Below are positions 41,124 to 49,790 of a stretch of 64,000 nucleotides of DNA, piece after piece. A program made the translations under genes and the position numbers. Position 1 is the first letter of the stretch. Every line of letters begins with the position of its first letter. Where the stretch lies: the NCBI GenBank assembly GCA_963737905.1, contig CAVTUQ010000009.1, forward strand, positions 192,001 to 256,000. Reading direction: 5' to 3'. The stretch comes from an uncultured delta proteobacterium. GTDB taxonomy: Bacteria > Desulfobacterota > Binatia > UBA9968. The notes below the pieces were generated by a model. It saw only the letters and a program-made list of their open reading frames with translations. It searched no databases and was not told the DNA's origin.

Positions 41124-41876
41124 TCACGCTGTTTCCCGTTCTAGGCGGAGCATGGCCGCTTTGAGACTGGAGCGCATGCGCTCGAGAGAACGGGCAAGGT
41201 CTCCGATCTCGTCACGCGATTCTACGCATTTCCCACTGACCGACGTTTCCAGGTCACCCTTGGTAACCTTGTCCGCAACTTCCGTTAAGCCTACGATGGG
41301 TCGAACAATCCAATGCGCCAGAATAAACGACAGCAGGGTGCCGACGAAAGGAACGATCGCAATTATTCCGATGAAACGAAAAAGGGTGCTGTGGACTTCT
41401 CTTTCAACGACATCGGCCCAAAACCCCACATGTACACTTCCCACCTGTCCCTCCAGAACGGGGACACTGGTTTCATAGATCGTTTTGTCCCTCAATAAAA
41501 GTTCTTGCTTTCGGGTTTCGCGTTGTCCGGCGGCGGAAAGTCCTTGCCGGAGCTCTGGAGGGAAGGATTCCAAGGTATGGGCGACGATTTCACCTTTATT
41601 ATCTTCGATATAGGCGTAAGCCACGCCATCAAGAAGCGAATACTTTCTCAACAAGGCATGAAGCGCTAGGAGATTTCTTCCGACCAAGTGGCCCGCGGTT
41701 GCATCACTCAAGTTACTGGCTACAGCGAGAGCCCGTCTGTCGAGTTGATCCCGCAACATGTTGTTGGTGAGTTGATACATCGCGGCAATCACAAAAACAC
41801 TCAAAACCAACATGACGACGGCATACGTGCCGCCGATCTTCCATTTGAGGCTAATACGGCGCGATTCTGGGTCCAT
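41124..41876 (-). CDS. HAMP-domain membrane protein without output domain
   Basis: TM, periplasmic domain, TM, HAMP (IVRPIVGLTEVADKVTKGDL...DEIGDLARSLERMR), then stop; RBS AAGGAG. Confidence 0.85.
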   Translation of the reverse strand: MDPESRRISLKWKIGGTYAVVMLVLSVFVIAAMYQLTNNMLRDQLDRRALAVASNLSDATAGHLVGRNLLALHALLRKYSLLDGVAYAYIEDNKGEIVAHTLESFPPELRQGLSAAGQRETRKQELLLRDKTIYETSVPVLEGQVGSVHVGFWADVVEREVHSTLFRFIGIIAIVPFVGTLLSFILAHWIVRPIVGLTEVADKVTKGDLETSVSGKCVESRDEIGDLARSLERMRSSLKAAMLRLERETA

Positions 41877-42036
41877 TTTGTCTCCTTAGTTAGATAGCGT
41901 ACATACTCCCGGCAAAGTTTATCCATTTCGCTTTCCAATATTGGATAGCGATGACGCCCTTTGTTGTCCTACGAGAACAAAACTCCTGACCGAAGATGTA
42001 TGAAAAAAAACTCATAGTCTGGTTCATTTCAATTTG

Positions 42037-42294
42037 TCAAGCGAAATACGCGCAGGCCAGGGAAGGCGGCCCGTTTCTTGGTGAACGGCAAGCCGAAGTG
42101 GATTCCTGCGGCGAACGCGGCGAGTCCCATACCTTCATTATGGTCCATGCCGGGACCTTTATATTCCGTGCCGTAGTAGTCCCGGATTTTCCACGGCGCG
42201 AGCTCGTCACCTTGCCGTCGGTGAGATAAAAATTGGGCTCCTCCAAGGCTTTCTCTTCTTCTTTAAACTCGTAAACGTCTATGTAGAACTGCAC
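42037..42294 (-). CDS. Possible small hypothetical protein or gene remnant
   Basis: Protein-like acidic N-terminus (FYIDVYEFKEEEKALEEPNFYL) in an otherwise empty gap; the downstream frame is ambiguous. Confidence 0.3.
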   Translation of the reverse strand: MQFYIDVYEFKEEEKALEEPNFYLTDGKVTSSRRGKSGTTTARNIKVPAWTIMKVWDSPRSPQESTSACRSPRNGPPSLACAYFA

Positions 42295-42492
42295 CAGAGA
42301 ACATCACTGGCTTATAGTCTGCCGTTTAGGAAACTGTCAATCGAGGTTTAAGCCGAGTGCTTGGGATCACAGGTGATCCGCGCGAAAATACGGTCTGTCT
42401 AGAAAACATTGTCTTGGCGCTAGAGACTGTGTTATGGCGTTAACGCGAATGCTTTCTGATTCGGTCATCGGGGCAAGGTAAGGAGATTTCTT

Positions 42493-44082
42493 ATGCGCAC
42501 GAACGGAACGACGATAGATCGAAGGGAGTTCCTCAGGCGGGGCACTGCGCTAACCGTGGGAACTTTGATGGCACCCGCCTTTCTGGAGAGCGCATGGGCG
42601 GCCTCAAAAGATCGAGTGATCATTTTTCAGGGGGTCGGTTTGGATTCGCTGCATCCCTACGCCTATAGCGGCGGCGGCATCGTTGGCATCTGGCAACACA
42701 TGATAGAGCCGTTGGTCCAGATGGACTACGGGCAAAATGAATACGTCGGGGTTCTGGCCGAGTCTTGGGAATTTCAAGATAGGAGATGGGTATTTAAACT
42801 CAGGAAGGGAGTCCGCTTTCACAACGGATCTCCCTTTATGTCCAAGGACGTGGTGTTTTCTCTCGATAGAATGAAGAGCGACAAGAGAAGTCTGCAGGGA
42901 GGCGACATTGCGGAGCTGGAGGTGGAAGCTCCGGATGATTACACCGTTGTGATGACGACCAAGAATCCGAGTGCCATCCTGCTTGACCGGCTGGACACTC
43001 GTTTCATCATCAGCAAGGCCGCCGCCGACAAATATGGAGAGCAGATGGACAATTACGCGATAGGCACCGGGCCATATAAATTTGTGAGCTGGCAACGAGG
43101 CGGCAGTTTGGCGTTGAAGCGGAATGACGACTACTGGGGACCCAAGCCCGAAATCAAGGAAGTGATCTTAAAAGGCGTGAAGGAAGAAGCAGCACGCGTC
43201 GCGGGTTTGCTGGCAGGCCAGGCGGATATCATCAGCAATCTTTCGATTGAAGAGATACCGCGTGTCGAAAAACATCCGCGGACGCGCGTCGAAAAGGTGC
43301 CGGGATTTCGGATGTATTTTTTGGCGATGAATGTGACTCATAAACCTTTCGACAACAAGCTCGTGCGCAGGGCCGTCAATCATGCCGTAGATCCACAGGT
43401 GATTATGAAACACATCTTCGACGGCAATGGCGATGTGCTTAACGGTCCTTTGAACTCGAATATGGTTGGCTACGATCCGAATGTGAAGCGCTATCCGTAT
43501 GATCCGAAAAGGGCGCGTGAGCTGCTCACTCAGGCCGGCTATCCCAACGGATTTGAGGTCAAGCTGCATTTTTCGCCCGACCGCCATCTCAAGGGCAAGG
43601 AAGTTTGCGAGGTAATCGCGAGTCAGCTAGCCAAAGCCGGTGTGAAGGTTGAGCTCATCGGCCAGGAGTATGCGGTTTACTGGGGCAAAGATGGCGTCAA
43701 CGGCGGCAAGCTGCCGTTTTATTACGCCGGTAGAACGGCGAGTGATGGCGATACACTCTATGATCAGTACTTTCACACCGGCGTCACCAAGCGAATCGGT
43801 TACAGCAACCCTGAGTTCGACAAGCTCATTCAAGAGGAGCAGAAGACCGGCGATCAGAAAAAGCGCGTGGCGTTTCTGCAGCAAGCAGGGCGGATTCTTA
43901 TGGAGGATGCTCCCTTCGTCCCGCTCTACACTCTGGCTGAGATTTACGGCCTTGCGAGAAATATTTTCTGGAAAGGCAATCCGGACAACCGAATCCTTGC
44001 GGCTGAAATGAAGATTAAGCTTCTAGCGAGAACTCACCGCGAGGATATACGCTATTCATCAAAATTTGTGATGCTCGCCTAA
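42493..44082 (+). CDS. ABC peptide/nickel solute-binding protein (family 5) with Tat signal
   Basis: DRREFL twin-arginine motif; LAESWE, LRKGVRFHNG, GTGPYKF, VRRAVNHAVD. Confidence 0.92.
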   Translation: MRTNGTTIDRREFLRRGTALTVGTLMAPAFLESAWAASKDRVIIFQGVGLDSLHPYAYSGGGIVGIWQHMIEPLVQMDYGQNEYVGVLAESWEFQDRRWVFKLRKGVRFHNGSPFMSKDVVFSLDRMKSDKRSLQGGDIAELEVEAPDDYTVVMTTKNPSAILLDRLDTRFIISKAAADKYGEQMDNYAIGTGPYKFVSWQRGGSLALKRNDDYWGPKPEIKEVILKGVKEEAARVAGLLAGQADIISNLSIEEIPRVEKHPRTRVEKVPGFRMYFLAMNVTHKPFDNKLVRRAVNHAVDPQVIMKHIFDGNGDVLNGPLNSNMVGYDPNVKRYPYDPKRARELLTQAGYPNGFEVKLHFSPDRHLKGKEVCEVIASQLAKAGVKVELIGQEYAVYWGKDGVNGGKLPFYYAGRTASDGDTLYDQYFHTGVTKRIGYSNPEFDKLIQEEQKTGDQKKRVAFLQQAGRILMEDAPFVPLYTLAEIYGLARNIFWKGNPDNRILAAEMKIKLLARTHREDIRYSSKFVMLA

Positions 44083-44112
44083 CCAATCGGAGCGGCCTAA
44101 AGGCCCTTCGCA

Positions 44113-45612
44113 CTAGCGACCGTTCACAAACTCGTCGAGCGCTTGACCGAAGGCTGCGCCGTGAATTCCATAGGAGCTGAAATCCCCCGCAAACGCGCTT
44201 AAGGCCCAGAGCGCCGCATCGCGGTATCGGGACTCTCCTGTCGCCCCTGCGAGCCCAAGGAAGAACGATGCCGCCGCGCCGTTTTGCTCGATCAATGTCA
44301 GGCGAAAGCTGAGGTAAGCGTATCCCGGAATGGCGAGGTCGTAGTAGCCTCCGTCGGGATTTTTGAGCCGCGACAGAATAAACTCAGCCAGGTCTTTGGC
44401 CCGCTCGAGATATCCGGCATCGCCCGTAGCCCTGTGAGCCTTGAGCAGCGCCGCTCCCAAGCGCGCTTGATCATTCAGTAGTCCCGGGACATGGGCTGCG
44501 CCATCGAAGTAATGAAACATTCCTCCATCGGGGCAGCGGCAATGCTCCCAAAGAAAATCCAGTGCCTTCAGCCCGCGCTCTTTGCAACCCGGGTTTGCCA
44601 AAATCGAGGCGGCCTCGAGATAGGCGGTAATCGCTTGCGCGTTCGCATCAGTGTAAACACAGTTATCTATAATCGTAAAAAATTCTTCGCGTGATGAAGA
44701 TGGCGCCGTTTCGCTGCGCAGGAAATCCTCGCAGCCGTAAAAACTCTGGTTTGCGGAATGAGAAAGTTTGCGGTCGATATAGTCGATGATGTCTTCGGCC
44801 ATATGGCCATATTCCGAGTACTCTGTGATTCGAAAAGTCCGTAGGCAGTTTGTCAACAGCCCAGCTTGTTCCGCCAGCAGCTTTTCACGATGAGGACGAC
44901 TCCAGTCCGCATTGGAGCACGTGCGAAAATAACCACCCTCTTCGCGATCGTGCATCTCACCTTCTCTCATCCGGTCCAGGGTGAGGCGGACGTGATCGAG
45001 GTAGCTCGCGTCTTTCGTCGCCTCATAGCGGGAAAGCAAGAAATCGTTCGCTTCCGGATGGATGAATTTCTGGCCCCGGCCATAGCCGCCGTGAACGCGG
45101 TCCGCAATCTCCATGATGACCGCGGTGACTTCCGTTAAGGTGGAGCCCGTCGGGTGGCTGCGCGTTCCTGCGGCCGCTGCGTCGGAAGGAGTCTCGGCCG
45201 AATTGTTTCGCGCTGACCGGATTTCTTCCTTCTTTTCCTGATAACCCGTGTAAATGCTAGCCAGCAGATTTCCGAACTCCTCGCTGGGGAGATAATTCGT
45301 AACGCCGAGAAGTTCTCCTGCGGGAGCCATGAAAGCGATGGTCGGCCAGCCGTTTAGATTGTAACGCGTGTTGATATCGGGGCGTTGGGTGTCCTCGACG
45401 CGAACGGCGACAAAGTAAGCGTTGAGTAGCGCGATGTTTTCGTCGTCCGAGAAAGCGCCTTCGTCCATGCGCTGGCAGAACCTGCACCAAAATGCCGTCA
45501 GAAAAAGCATCACCGGTTTGTCTTCGGCTTGGGCTTTGGTAAACGCATCATCGCTCCATTCATGCCAACGAATGAGATTAGCCCGGTTAGGATTTGGCGA
45601 GAAGCGAATCAT
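44113..45612 (-). CDS. DUF255/YyaL-like thioredoxin-domain and alpha6-barrel protein
   Basis: IRWHEWSDDAF, WCRFCQRMD, RPDINTRY, GWPT, HREKLL, LNDQA. Confidence 0.85.
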   Translation of the reverse strand: MIRFSPNPNRANLIRWHEWSDDAFTKAQAEDKPVMLFLTAFWCRFCQRMDEGAFSDDENIALLNAYFVAVRVEDTQRPDINTRYNLNGWPTIAFMAPAGELLGVTNYLPSEEFGNLLASIYTGYQEKKEEIRSARNNSAETPSDAAAAGTRSHPTGSTLTEVTAVIMEIADRVHGGYGRGQKFIHPEANDFLLSRYEATKDASYLDHVRLTLDRMREGEMHDREEGGYFRTCSNADWSRPHREKLLAEQAGLLTNCLRTFRITEYSEYGHMAEDIIDYIDRKLSHSANQSFYGCEDFLRSETAPSSSREEFFTIIDNCVYTDANAQAITAYLEAASILANPGCKERGLKALDFLWEHCRCPDGGMFHYFDGAAHVPGLLNDQARLGAALLKAHRATGDAGYLERAKDLAEFILSRLKNPDGGYYDLAIPGYAYLSFRLTLIEQNGAAASFFLGLAGATGESRYRDAALWALSAFAGDFSSYGIHGAAFGQALDEFVNGR

Positions 45613-45746
45613 GAGCAAAGATAAATCAGACCGTAACCCTTTTCTAGCATCATTTAAGTTGCAGAAGAAGCGACGAACCACGGTCCAGTTTTGGAGGCTC
45701 GCTGAGGAAGTTGGCGCGCCGTCCACCGTCATGGGCGCCGGTCTTT

Positions 45747-45772
45747 GTAGGGACAGGTTTCAAACCTGCCCT
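45747..45772. repeat. GTAG-type REP-like palindrome
   Basis: GTAG-GGACAGGT-TTCAA-ACCTGCCC-T: a GTAG tetranucleotide followed by an imperfect hairpin. Confidence 0.6.
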
Positions 45773-45847
45773 CTTTTGTTTGCCGCGCGTTGACAAAGCT
45801 AGCCGGTCCGCCTTAAGAATGCTTTTAGGCTCCGAGAGGAGAGCGCA

Positions 45848-47128
45848 ATGCAATTAACACTCGCATATCATCCGGTCGGGGAAATTCTTTTTGGAACGCA
45901 GACGCGCCTTAACGGGACAACGCTGGTTGTCGATCCGGAGGAGCTGCGCCGAGTGGTCCTGGAAGACGAAGCTATCGAAAGCATGGAGTTCGAAATTGTC
46001 CGGCCCGGGGAAAGCTGCCGCGCCGGGCCGATCTTCGACATTGTCCAACCACGAGCGAAGGAGCCTGGATCAAGTCCTGATTTCCCCGGCATTTTGGGAC
46101 CGCCGATGCCTGCCGGCGTCGGGATCACGCATGTATTGGAGGGAGCCGCAGTTTCAGTTTTGGCGGAAAGATCGCCGGGAGAGTCGAGAAGCGTGACGGG
46201 CCGGGTGTTGGAGATGAGCGGAGTTGCTGCCGAAGCAACGGTATACTCTTCGATGCAACATTTAGTGGTCATCCCGCACACGCGAGCCGGATTGCCGATT
46301 CACGCTATAGACAAGGCCTACCGCAAGGCGGGCCTGAAGGTTGCCGTTTACCTTAGCCGCGCCGCGCTGAATCATACTCCGGAATCTACACAGACCTTTG
46401 ACCCGGTTGGTCCAGGGGAGGGAGGACGCGAGGGATTGCCACGGTTCGCTTACGTCGGCCAAATTTTTTCCCGCCAGCGGAAACCCGCCGTGGACGAGCC
46501 GATTCTCTACGGTGCCAACACAGAGGGGATGCTGCCGGTCGTACTCCATCCCGACGAATGGTTGGATGGAGCGATCGTGCCGTCGCTCCAGTCCTGGTTC
46601 GGCGGCACCGAGACCTATTTCTACCAGAATCACCCTGTGATCCTGGAGCTCTACCGGCGCCATCAGGCACGGGAGATCGATTTCGTCGGGACCATCGCCA
46701 CGATTGCCGGGTCCGATAACTTCGACCGGGATCGCCATTGCCGGGTGGCTGCAAATCTAGTGAAGTGGAACTTGAAGGCCGATGCTGTGGCGCTCACAAA
46801 ATGGGGTGGTGGATTACCCCACGCCGACTTGGCGGAGACCGCGCGACTGCTGGAAGGCATGGGTATACGTACCACCGTGATGGTTTCCGACATGTCCAAA
46901 GACCGCCGCGTAGAGTCGGCGCTCCTCTTCAATTTTCCGGAAGTGAACGCCATCGTCTACAATGGGGGTAACGGCACTCAGTGGGAGATACCCCGTGTGC
47001 AGCGAATTATCACCGCAACGCCGGAGCTGGCGGAGCTACTGGGCGGACCGATGATGATCGGGGCTTGGAACGTCGTCGGCGTTACGAATCAGCAGGGCGC
47101 GTCGCGAATGCGAGCACTGGTTTATTAA
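45848..47128 (+). CDS. Glycine/sarcosine/betaine reductase component B alpha/beta-like subunit (GrdE/GrdI-like)
   Basis: IVRPGESCR.GPIFDIVQPRAK, FPGILG, G.THVL.G, LYG, P.EWLDGAIV, TY.YQNHPVI.ELY, G.PHADL. Confidence 0.85.
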   Translation: MQLTLAYHPVGEILFGTQTRLNGTTLVVDPEELRRVVLEDEAIESMEFEIVRPGESCRAGPIFDIVQPRAKEPGSSPDFPGILGPPMPAGVGITHVLEGAAVSVLAERSPGESRSVTGRVLEMSGVAAEATVYSSMQHLVVIPHTRAGLPIHAIDKAYRKAGLKVAVYLSRAALNHTPESTQTFDPVGPGEGGREGLPRFAYVGQIFSRQRKPAVDEPILYGANTEGMLPVVLHPDEWLDGAIVPSLQSWFGGTETYFYQNHPVILELYRRHQAREIDFVGTIATIAGSDNFDRDRHCRVAANLVKWNLKADAVALTKWGGGLPHADLAETARLLEGMGIRTTVMVSDMSKDRRVESALLFNFPEVNAIVYNGGNGTQWEIPRVQRIITATPELAELLGGPMMIGAWNVVGVTNQQGASRMRALVY

Positions 47129-47177
47129 TGTATTCGGCACCAGGCAAAAGAAAAAGGGGAGACATCGAGGACAGAAC

Positions 47178-47240
47178 AACCGCAGAGAACGCAAAGGTCA
47201 CAAAGTATAACGCTATGTGTTCTATGCGTTCTTTGCGGTT
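47178..47240. repeat. Imperfect inverted repeat of 9-nt units (CGCA(G/A)AG..)
   Basis: Left arm AACCGCAGAGAACGCAAAGGTCACAAAG; right arm reverse complement AACCGCAAAGAACGCATAGAACACATAG. Confidence 0.75.
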
Positions 47241-47275
47241 AAGTGTTTTTTCCTCTTATGGTGGAGGTTTCTGAA

Positions 47276-48556
47276 ATGCGAGTTGTACATTATCTGAATC
47301 AATTCTTCGGCGGTATCGGCGCGGAAGAGCAAGCGGGGATGGGCCTCGAAGCGCGCACCGGCGCAGTGGGCCCCGCCAAGCTCTTGGAGCAATTGTTGGG
47401 CGAAGGCGCTCAGGTCGTGATGACCCTCGTTTGCGGCGATAACTATGCCGTCGAACATGAGGAAGAGTTGGTTGCCTCCGTTCTGGAAAAGGTCCGCGGC
47501 GCAGGTGCGGATCTATTCGTCGCGGGACCGTGCTTCGAAGCGGGCCGCTATGGGATGGCGGCCGGCGCCCTCTGTGTTGCCGTCCAATCGCAGGTCGGTA
47601 TTCCCGTCATCACCGGAATGAGCGAGGAAAACCCCGGCGTCGATCTGTATCGCGATGCACTTTATATTACCGACTCGGGCACCAACGCTGCCCGGATGCG
47701 CGACGTGTTACTTAAGATGGCAAAACTCGGGAGAAAGCTGGTTAACAAGAACGCCATCGGTTTACCTGCAGAGGAAGACTACCTGCGCCGCGGGCTATTG
47801 CGCGACCAGGTGGTCGACCAGACGGCGGCGAGGCGACTCATCGACATGCTAGTGGCGAAAGTCAAAGGCGAGCCGTTCGAGTCAGAGATGTTGCCCACAT
47901 CATTCGAGCCGGTGCCGATGCCCTCCGGCGTTAAAGATCTTTCCAAAGCCAAGGTGATGCTCATCACGGACGGCGGGCTTGTTCCGAAAGGCAATCCGGA
48001 CAAGATCCACGGAACTGCGGCGACGCGGTGGGGCGCCTATAGCATCGAAGGTCGTGACGTTCTCAGCGGCAAAGATTACGAGATCTCCCACGGTGGTTAT
48101 GATGCGCGATTTGTCCAAGAAGATCCGGATCGTCTCGTACCCCTCGACGCGATGCGCGAGATGGAAAGGAGCGGCGTCATCGGCAAGCTCCACGACGAAT
48201 TCATTTCGACTTCGGGCCGGGCGAACCCGCTTTCTAACACGCGCCGTCTCGGCCGGGAGATGGCGGAAAAGGCAAAGCAGGAGGGGGTCGATGCCGTCAT
48301 CCTCACCTCCACCTGAGGCACGAGCACTCGCAGCGGCGCTGCGATCACAACTGAGCTGGAAAAAGCCGGAATTCCGGTGGTGCAGATTACCTCCGCCATG
48401 TCGATTGCGAAGATGGTCGGATCCAACCGCGTCGTTCTAGGGCATGGCATCGTTCATGTCACCGGCGATGCCAAACTGGCGCCCGAAGAAGAAAAAGACT
48501 TGCGCCGCAAGCTCGTGCAAAAGGCGCTCAGCGCACTGCAATCGAGCGAGAAGTAG
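47276..48556 (+). CDS. grdB: Glycine/betaine/sarcosine reductase selenoprotein B-like protein, Sec at TGA 48314-48316
   Basis: MRVVHYLNQFFGGIG, CGDNY, AGPCFEAGRYG, TDGGLVPKGNPD, HGGYD, DPDRLVPLD, VILTST-TGA-GTSTRSGA...ELEKAGIPVVQ...VGSNR. The frame stays open 79 codons to TAG 48554-48556. Confidence 0.9.
48328..48344 (+). promoter_or_regulatory. Putative bacterial SECIS hairpin TCGCAGC-GGC-GCTGCGA
   Basis: Perfect 7-bp stem with a G-first loop, starting 11 nt after the in-frame TGA. Confidence 0.7.
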
Positions 48557-48601
48557 AAGCTGCGTTGATTACGCGTTACGCCAGCGTACGCAACAGTGGG
48601 C

Positions 48602-49645
48602 TCAGTTGCCCAACACCTTCTTCAAACGATCGATGATCTCCGGCGGCTGGCTCGTCACTTCTTTGGCCAACTTCTCAAGCTCCTCGCCGCCTACAGGATC
48701 GAATTCGTAATTCCTCTTTTTCACTTCCTCTTGCAACTGGGGGTCGTTCATCGTCTTCGTATAAGCCTCGCGCAGGGTCTTTAACCGATCGGCCGGAACA
48801 CCGGGAGGGCCGAGCATGGGCCGCCCCATGGAATCGGCCGTAACCAGCACCGCGGCGAGGCGCCGTCCGGCTTCAGTCGTCTTGTATTGATCCATGAGTT
48901 CAAAGATGGTGGGAGTGTCCGGCAGTCTTCGGTCCCGCTTCTTCCCCGTCTGAAAAAGGTTGCGCACGAAGCCGTTCTTGCGCCACGTATGATAGGGCTC
49001 ACGGCCAAAGAAAGCCTCTATGGTAAAAGCGCGGCATTGAATTTCGCCGCGCTCGACACCTAGATCAATGTCGGTTCCGCCGGGATAGCCGGTAACGATG
49101 TTGAACTTCGCGCCCACGGTTTCCTGCAACAACTTGGGCAGATAGGAATCAGGTCCGGTGACTCCCGTCGCGCCACATTTGGGCGGCTCTTTGGCGGTGC
49201 GGACATCCTCAATAGTTTTGTAAGGAGAGTCAGCACGCATGTACATCTGCGATTCGCCGCGGGCCGGAGCGCCGATCCAGGTAAACTTAGCCCAGTCGAA
49301 CTGGATTTCCGATCTCCCAATGAGCTGATTCAGGTAGAGAGAAGGAATGATGGAGCCAATCAGTGTTAAACCATCGGGTTTGACCATCGTATAAAGATGA
49401 TTGGCCGCGACCACGTGGCCCGCGCCGGGCATATTCTGAACGATGAACTCGGGGTTCCCTGGAATGTGCTTCCCCATATGGGCGACGATGAGACGGGCCC
49501 ACAGGTCGTAAAGGTTGCCCGGTGGAGTGCCCACGATAACCCTCACGGTCTTTCCCTGATAGAAGGGCGATTGGGCTTGAGCAGGGGTGATGCCCCAGAG
49601 GAGGAAGCACAGAAGAGGAGAGATGATTCTTTTCATATATCGCAC
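48602..49645 (-). CDS. TctC/Bug-family substrate-binding protein
   Basis: FYQGKTV, YDLWAR, HIPGNPEFIVQNMPGAG; close paralog of 8561..9586. Confidence 0.9.
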   Translation of the reverse strand: MRYMKRIISPLLCFLLWGITPAQAQSPFYQGKTVRVIVGTPPGNLYDLWARLIVAHMGKHIPGNPEFIVQNMPGAGHVVAANHLYTMVKPDGLTLIGSIIPSLYLNQLIGRSEIQFDWAKFTWIGAPARGESQMYMRADSPYKTIEDVRTAKEPPKCGATGVTGPDSYLPKLLQETVGAKFNIVTGYPGGTDIDLGVERGEIQCRAFTIEAFFGREPYHTWRKNGFVRNLFQTGKKRDRRLPDTPTIFELMDQYKTTEAGRRLAAVLVTADSMGRPMLGPPGVPADRLKTLREAYTKTMNDPQLQEEVKKRNYEFDPVGGEELEKLAKEVTSQPPEIIDRLKKVLGN

Positions 49646-49790
49646 CTCCGCTAGATCGTCTCGCGCTCACAGTTATCTCAGCTGGACTGACCAAGTCAAA
49701 CGTGGAATCTCTCAGAGAACACTGGCCTACGTCGGCGGGCCAGCGGTAAATCTGGTTTGGATCTGGAGATGTGATAGGATCGTGGAAACT

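Noticed and set aside
45613-45732. N-terminal extension of the DUF255 ORF, and similar extensions at 9603, 49587 and 51832
   Set aside because: Longest-ORF artefacts; family similarity or Shine-Dalgarno motifs point to downstream starts.
48314-48316. TGA as a true stop, or grdB as a pseudogene
   Set aside because: It sits at the conserved Sec position, homology continues in frame and a SECIS-like hairpin follows.
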